64,000 bases of DNA from Alphaproteobacteria bacterium. GTDB taxonomy: Bacteria; Pseudomonadota; Alphaproteobacteria; GCA-2731375. Positions 59,151 to 64,000 of this stretch are shown here, one piece after another. Where the stretch lies: positions 5,024,001 through 5,088,000 of the forward strand of contig CBDDPY010000002.1 in the NCBI GenBank assembly GCA_965232515.1. The letters are read 5' to 3'. A program made the position numbers and the translations under genes. How positions within the stretch are numbered: position 1 is the first letter of the stretch; every line of letters begins with the position of its first letter. The notes below the pieces were generated by a model. That model had not been told where the DNA came from and did not search any database. It saw only the letters and a list, made by a program, of their open reading frames with translations.

Positions 59151-59774
59151 ATGCAGGCGTTTACCAAGCTCGAAGGTGTCGCCGCGCCGCTGCGCGCGAT
59201 CAACACCGATACCGATCAGATCATCCCGAAGCAGTTCCTGAAGACGATCAAGCGCGAGGGGCTGGGCAAGAACCTGTTCAACGACCTGCGCTTCAACGAG
59301 GACGGCTCGGAGAAGCCGGACTTCGTGTTGAACCAGCCGGCCTATCGCAAGGCCAAGATCCTGGTCGCCGGCGACAACTTCGGCTGCGGCTCGTCGCGCG
59401 AGCACGCGCCCTGGGCGCTGCTCGATTTCGGCATCCGCTGCGTGATCTCGACCAGCTTCGCCGACATTTTCTATAACAACTGCTTCAAGAACGGCATCCT
59501 GCCGATCAAGGTGACGCCCGAGCAGCTCGAGCTGCTGTTCGACGACGCCGAGCGCGGCGCCAACGCGACGCTGACCATCGATCTGGAGGCGCAGGAGATC
59601 CGCGGTCCCGACGGCGGCGTGGTGTCGTTCGAGATCGACCCGTTCCGCAAGCGGTGTCTGCTGGAGGGCCTCGATGACATCGGTTTGACGCTTGAGAAAG
59701 CCGACGACATCGATTCATTTGAGGACCGGCAGCGGTCGCAGCAGCCGTGGCTGTACGGCGCGGCCGCGGAGTAA
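59151..59774 (+). CDS. leuD: 3-isopropylmalate dehydratase small subunit
   Basis: [29 protein letters not shown]. Confidence 0.98.
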   Translation: MQAFTKLEGVAAPLRAINTDTDQIIPKQFLKTIKREGLGKNLFNDLRFNEDGSEKPDFVLNQPAYRKAKILVAGDNFGCGSSREHAPWALLDFGIRCVISTSFADIFYNNCFKNGILPIKVTPEQLELLFDDAERGANATLTIDLEAQEIRGPDGGVVSFEIDPFRKRCLLEGLDDIGLTLEKADDIDSFEDRQRSQQPWLYGAAAE

Positions 59775-59807
59775 GCGTTTCTTGAGTTTGATTTCCGTGA
59801 GGTAACC

Positions 59808-60920
59808 ATGGCTTCGAACAAGCGTCTGTTGATGCTGCCGGGGGACGGCATCGGGCCGGAGGTGATGAGGGAAGTGCGACGCGTCATCGATTGGATGGAC
59901 AAGCGCCGCGCCGTCAGCTTCGACATTTCAGAGGATCTGGTCGGCGGCTCCGCAATCGATGCGCACGGCACGCCGCTGACCGACGAGACCATGAAAGCGG
60001 CCATGGAAGTCGACGCGGTCCTGCTGGGCGCGGTCGGCGGGCCCAAGTGGGACAGCCTGCCGTTCGAGCAGAAGCCCGAGCGCGGTCTCTTGCGGCTGCG
60101 CAAGGAGATGGACCTCTACGCCAACCTGCGGCCCGCCATGTGCTTCGACGCGCTGGTCGACGCATCGTCGCTGAAGCCCGAGCTGGTCAGCGGCCTCGAT
60201 ATCATGATCGTGCGCGAGCTGACGGCCGGCGTCTATTTCGGCGAGCCGCGCGGCATCGAGACCCTGCCGAACGGCCAGCGCAAGGGCATCAACACCCAGA
60301 CCTACACCACCAGCGAGATCCGCCGGGTCTGCCGCGTCGCTTTCGAGCTGGCGCAGAAGCGGGACAACCGGGTCTGCTCGGTCGAGAAGGCGAACGTCAT
60401 GGAATCGGGCGTGCTCTGGCGCGAAGAAGCGCAGTGGGTGCACGACCAGGAATTCGCCGATGTCGAGCTGAGCCACATGTATGCGGATAACTGCGCCATG
60501 CAGCTGGTGCGCGCGCCGAAGCAGTTCGACGTGATCGTCACCGATAACCTGTTCGGCGATATGCTGTCGGACTGCGCGGCCATGCTGACCGGCAGCCTCG
60601 GCATGCTGCCCTCGGCCTCGCTCGGCGACGTCGACGCGACCGGCCGCCGGCGGGCGCTGTTCGAGCCTGTGCACGGCTCTGCGCCGGATATTGCCGGACG
60701 GGATCTGGCCAACCCGATCGCCATGCTGTTGAGTTTCGCCATGGCGCTACGCTATTCGTTCGATCTGGCCGAAGACGCCGATCTGATCGAAACCGCGGTG
60801 CAGAATGTGCTTGCCGGTGGCCTGCGCACCGCCGATATCATGCAACCTGGCAAGGCCAAGGTCTCGACCAACGTCATGGGCGAGGCCCTGGTCGGTGAAC
60901 TGAACAAGCTGGCGGCCTGA
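59808..60920 (+). CDS. leuB: 3-isopropylmalate dehydrogenase
   Basis: [34 protein letters not shown]. Confidence 0.98.
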   Translation: MASNKRLLMLPGDGIGPEVMREVRRVIDWMDKRRAVSFDISEDLVGGSAIDAHGTPLTDETMKAAMEVDAVLLGAVGGPKWDSLPFEQKPERGLLRLRKEMDLYANLRPAMCFDALVDASSLKPELVSGLDIMIVRELTAGVYFGEPRGIETLPNGQRKGINTQTYTTSEIRRVCRVAFELAQKRDNRVCSVEKANVMESGVLWREEAQWVHDQEFADVELSHMYADNCAMQLVRAPKQFDVIVTDNLFGDMLSDCAAMLTGSLGMLPSASLGDVDATGRRRALFEPVHGSAPDIAGRDLANPIAMLLSFAMALRYSFDLAEDADLIETAVQNVLAGGLRTADIMQPGKAKVSTNVMGEALVGELNKLAA

Positions 60921-60945
60921 ACGCCGCCAATTGGAGACAGGAACA

Positions 60946-61968
60946 ATGGGTTACAAGGTCGCTGTCGTCGGCGCCACGGGCAACGTGGGCCGCGAAATGC
61001 TGAACATCCTGTCGGAACGTGGATTTCCGGCGGATGAGATCGTGCCGCTCGCCTCGCGGGCGTCGCTCGGCAAAGAGGTCTCGTTCGGCGACCAGACCCT
61101 GAAAACCAAGGACCTGGCCCAGTACGACTTCACCGGCACCGACGTCGCCCTGTTCTCGGCCGGCAGCGCCGTGTCCCAGGAATTCGGCCCCAAGGCGGCC
61201 GGCCAGGGCGCCGTCGTCATCGACAATGCGTCGCACTTCCGCATGGATCCGGACGTGCCGTTGATCGTGCCCGAGGTGAACGCCGCCGATATCGCCGGCT
61301 ACACCAAGCGCAACATCATCGCCAACCCGAACTGCTCGACGGCGCAGATGGTGGTGGCGCTGAAGCCGCTGCATGACCACGCCAAGATCCGTCGCGTCGT
61401 CGTCGCCACGTACCAGTCGGTCTCGGGCTCAGGCCGCGCGGCCATGGACGAGCTGTTCGTGCAGACCAAGGGCGTCTACGTGAACGACGACCCGACGCCG
61501 GACAAGCTGCCGCGGCAGATCGCCTTCAACGTGATTCCGCATTGCGATTCTTTCATGGACGACGGCTACACCAAGGAAGAATGGAAGATGGCGGCCGAGA
61601 CCAAGAAGATCCTCGACCCCAGCATCAAGGTCAGCGCCACCTGCGTGCGCGTGCCGGTCTTCGTCGGCCATTCGGAAGCGATCAATCTCGAGTTCGAGAA
61701 CGAGATCGATGTCGAGACCGCGCGCGAGATCCTGCGTGAGGCGCCGGGCTGCATGGTCGTCGACAGCCCCGAGGAAGAGAGCTACATCACGCCGATCGAT
61801 TGCGTTGGCGACTACGCCACCTTCATCAGCCGAATTCGCGTCGATCCGACCGTCGAGAATGGCCTGAATATCTGGGTCGTGTCGGACAATCTGCGCAAGG
61901 GCGCGGCGCTGAACGCGGTGCAGATCGCCGAGACGCTGACCGCGCGGCACCTGCAGAAAGCGGCCTGA
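60946..61968 (+). CDS. asd: Aspartate-semialdehyde dehydrogenase
   Basis: VGATGNVG, IANPNCST, TYQSVSG, CVRVPVF.GH, DNLRKGAALN. Confidence 0.98.
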   Translation: MGYKVAVVGATGNVGREMLNILSERGFPADEIVPLASRASLGKEVSFGDQTLKTKDLAQYDFTGTDVALFSAGSAVSQEFGPKAAGQGAVVIDNASHFRMDPDVPLIVPEVNAADIAGYTKRNIIANPNCSTAQMVVALKPLHDHAKIRRVVVATYQSVSGSGRAAMDELFVQTKGVYVNDDPTPDKLPRQIAFNVIPHCDSFMDDGYTKEEWKMAAETKKILDPSIKVSATCVRVPVFVGHSEAINLEFENEIDVETAREILREAPGCMVVDSPEEESYITPIDCVGDYATFISRIRVDPTVENGLNIWVVSDNLRKGAALNAVQIAETLTARHLQKAA

Positions 61969-62054
61969 TCGCTACCGCCTCGCGGGGAATTGAGGCTGCG
62001 CGAGGCGGCCGGCGGGTTAGGGTCGGCGCCGAACAGCGTGCTATAGGAAAAGCC

Positions 62055-62762
62055 ATGAAGCGTGCATTGACGGCGCTCGCGATCGCTTGGCTGGCGTTCG
62101 CCACCTCGGGCGCGGCGCGGGCCGCGGACTACGATTCCGCCATGTCGGCCTATCGCGGCGGCGACCATGCCGCGGCGTTGACGGCGTTCCAGACGCTTGC
62201 CGACGACGGCGATGCCCGGGCGCAGCTGGCGCTCGCCATCATGCATATCCGCGGCGAGGGCGTAGAGAAGGATCTGGCGAAGGCCGCCGAATGGTTCGGC
62301 AAGGCGGCCGACCAGGGCAATACCATGGCCCAGTTCCATCTGGGCCGGATGTATCTCGCCGGCGCCGGGGTCGACCGGAACCATGTCCAGGCGGCGGACC
62401 TGTTCAAGAAAGCGGCCGCCAGCGGCATGGTCGACGCCGAATACGCGCTCGCGGTGATTTACTCCCGGGGCGACGGCGGGGTGACGAAAGATCCCGCGCG
62501 GGCGGCCGGGCATTCGCGCACTGCCGCCGAGGCTGGCCTGCCGCAGGCCATGCTGCTGCTCTCCCAGATGCACCGGAACGGCGACGGCGTCGAGACCGAT
62601 CTGCCTGAAGCCTATTTCTGGGCCTTCATCGCGGCGCAGAACGGCATGCAGGGCGCGCGGGACGCGGTCAGGGAACTGGCCGATCAGGTCACGACCGAAG
62701 ACCGGATGGCCGCCGAACAGCGGGCGATCGAATTCGTGCCGAAACGGCCGCAGGCGAAGTAG
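62055..62762 (+). CDS. Exported Sel1-repeat protein
   Basis: Signal peptide; repeated AQ..LG.MY..G.GV..D...A..WF.KAA units. Confidence 0.9.
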   Translation: MKRALTALAIAWLAFATSGAARAADYDSAMSAYRGGDHAAALTAFQTLADDGDARAQLALAIMHIRGEGVEKDLAKAAEWFGKAADQGNTMAQFHLGRMYLAGAGVDRNHVQAADLFKKAAASGMVDAEYALAVIYSRGDGGVTKDPARAAGHSRTAAEAGLPQAMLLLSQMHRNGDGVETDLPEAYFWAFIAAQNGMQGARDAVRELADQVTTEDRMAAEQRAIEFVPKRPQAK

Positions 62763-62791
62763 AAGCAATAGTCCGGCTACCGCCGAATCCT

Positions 62792-62906
62792 GATATCGGA
62801 TCCTTCGAGACGGTCCCTTCGGGACCTCCTCAGGATGAGGTAGGGTACTGATATCAATAACAAACCTCACCCTGAGGAGGCCGCGCAGCGGCCGTCTCGA
62901 AGGGTG
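62792..62906. repeat. REP/RIME-like element, copy 3, opposite orientation
   Basis: GATATCGGATCCTTCGAGAC..CCTCAGGATGAGG / CCTCACCCTGAGGAG..GTCTCGAAGGG. Confidence 0.8.
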
Positions 62907-62923
62907 CGCCGTCGGGTCGTGGT

Positions 62924-63757
62924 CTAACCGGACATGCGTTCGACTTGAAGGCGGAGTTCGGGTTCGACGAACCTGTCCTGGGTGTCGACCAGCAGCAGTT
63001 CGTGCGCGCCGGCAGCGTTGCTGGCGGCGATGACGTCGTGCGTGGCGGCCGCCGCGTGCGCCAGCGCCGCCGCGGGATCGGTCGATGTCAGGTAGCGCCC
63101 CACGAACAGAGCCGCGAACAGGTCGCCGGTGCCGTGCGGCGCGCTTGAGAACGCCGGCGCCCGGACGGCGAGCGTAGCGTTGCTGGTGTGCAGAAGCGTT
63201 GCGATCCGGTCGTCGTCAACTGTGGCCGAGGTGCAGACGACGATGCGGGGGCCGCGCGCGTGCAGGTCGGCCAGGGCGGCCGTGGGGTCATCGACCGGTC
63301 GACCGGTCAGCAAGGACAGTTCGAAGGCGTTCGGCGTGACGATGTCGCACTGCGGCAGCAGGCGGTCGCGCATGGCCTCCAGGATGCCGTCGGCGACGTA
63401 GACCCGGCCGGCGTCGCCCAGGATGGGATCGCAGCTCACCAGCACATTGGGGTTGGCGTCGCGGGCGCGGGCGATCGTCTCCAGCGCTATGTCGACGGTC
63501 TCCGGCGCGCCGACATAGCCGATATGCAGCGCGGCGCAATCGGCCAGCCAGCCGCGCTCGGCGACGCCGTCGAGCAGCGCTGTCAGCAGTGCGGGCGGGA
63601 CTGGCTCGCCGCGGAAGCCGTTATGGCCGGGATGGTTCGAGAACAGCACCGTTGGCGCGTGCCAGACCTCGTGCCCCAGCCGCTGCAGGGCCAGGATCGC
63701 GGCCTGGCCGCCGACATGGCCGTAAACCACATGGCTGGTGATGGCGAGGATCTGCAC
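62924..63757 (-). CDS. pdxY: Pyridoxal kinase
   Basis: SHVVYGHVG, FSNHPG, CDPILGD, TPNAFEL, GTGDLF. Confidence 0.93.
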   Translation of the reverse strand: MQILAITSHVVYGHVGGQAAILALQRLGHEVWHAPTVLFSNHPGHNGFRGEPVPPALLTALLDGVAERGWLADCAALHIGYVGAPETVDIALETIARARDANPNVLVSCDPILGDAGRVYVADGILEAMRDRLLPQCDIVTPNAFELSLLTGRPVDDPTAALADLHARGPRIVVCTSATVDDDRIATLLHTSNATLAVRAPAFSSAPHGTGDLFAALFVGRYLTSTDPAAALAHAAAATHDVIAASNAAGAHELLLVDTQDRFVEPELRLQVERMSG

Positions 63758-63770
63758 GCGCGCTGGCCGC

Positions 63771-64000
63771 TCAGGCCGCGTCGGAGGGCAGGCCGATCGG
63801 GCAGTTGGCCTCGCGGCTGACCAGATCGAAAACGAACAGGAACTTCGCCATGCCGGTCAGCACGGCGCAGACCACGCCGAGCTCGAAGATCTGGCCGTCG
63901 TCGAAATGCGCCCGCAGCATCTCGTAGAGCGGACCGTCCAGATGCCCGTCCATATTGGTCATCTCGATCTGCTCACAGAGCCGCAGCACGGCCCGGTCGC
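63771..64000 (-). CDS. C-terminal part of an AhpD/carboxymuconolactone decarboxylase-like protein, 5'-truncated
   Basis: LY..LRAHFDDGQIFELG; frame runs off the window end. Confidence 0.6.
   Translation of the reverse strand, partial: DRAVLRLCEQIEMTNMDGHLDGPLYEMLRAHFDDGQIFELGVVCAVLTGMAKFLFVFDLVSREANCPIGLPSDAA

Noticed and set aside
1-64000. Many long antisense or overlapping ORFs in the track (e.g. 9167..11092 -, 16467..18881 -, 12566..14644 +, 53921..55459 -)
   Set aside because: Shadow frames of real genes in high-GC DNA; Arg/Pro/Ala-rich with no motifs

Overview
GC-rich alphaproteobacterial chromosome segment. The right third (about 46-64 kb) is core genome: yciB/ispZ, rpiA, ftsY-mtaB-dapF, ffh-rpsP-rimM-trmD-rplS-leuCDB-asd and pdxY. 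The left 45 kb is a patchwork of small accessory modules: LysE and EamA exporters with TetR/MarR/MocR/HxlR/Ada regulators, a PQQ dehydrogenase, a caspase-FGE fusion, an EthA-type monooxygenase, a PecS-PecM-oxidoreductase-alternative oxidase unit, a HupE/UreJ metal locus and a stand-alone ddl. I found no tRNA, rRNA, CRISPR array, integrase or transposase. Main observations: (1) an AT-richer islet at about 40.55-43.09 kb carries a 513-aa divergent NUDIX-like protein and a divergently transcribed 67-aa protein with its own RBS and terminator; (2) the islet is bracketed by a GNAT gene and a decayed copy of that gene's 3' end, and a third, more decayed GNAT remnant lies at 31.2-31.5 kb; (3) aox appears to be in a PecS-controlled operon; (4) a serine hydrolase-tandem repeat gene is split by one in-frame TAG; (5) several REP-like palindromic elements occur, two of them flanking the caspase-FGE gene as direct repeats. 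All family assignments come from motif recognition by eye, not from database searches.
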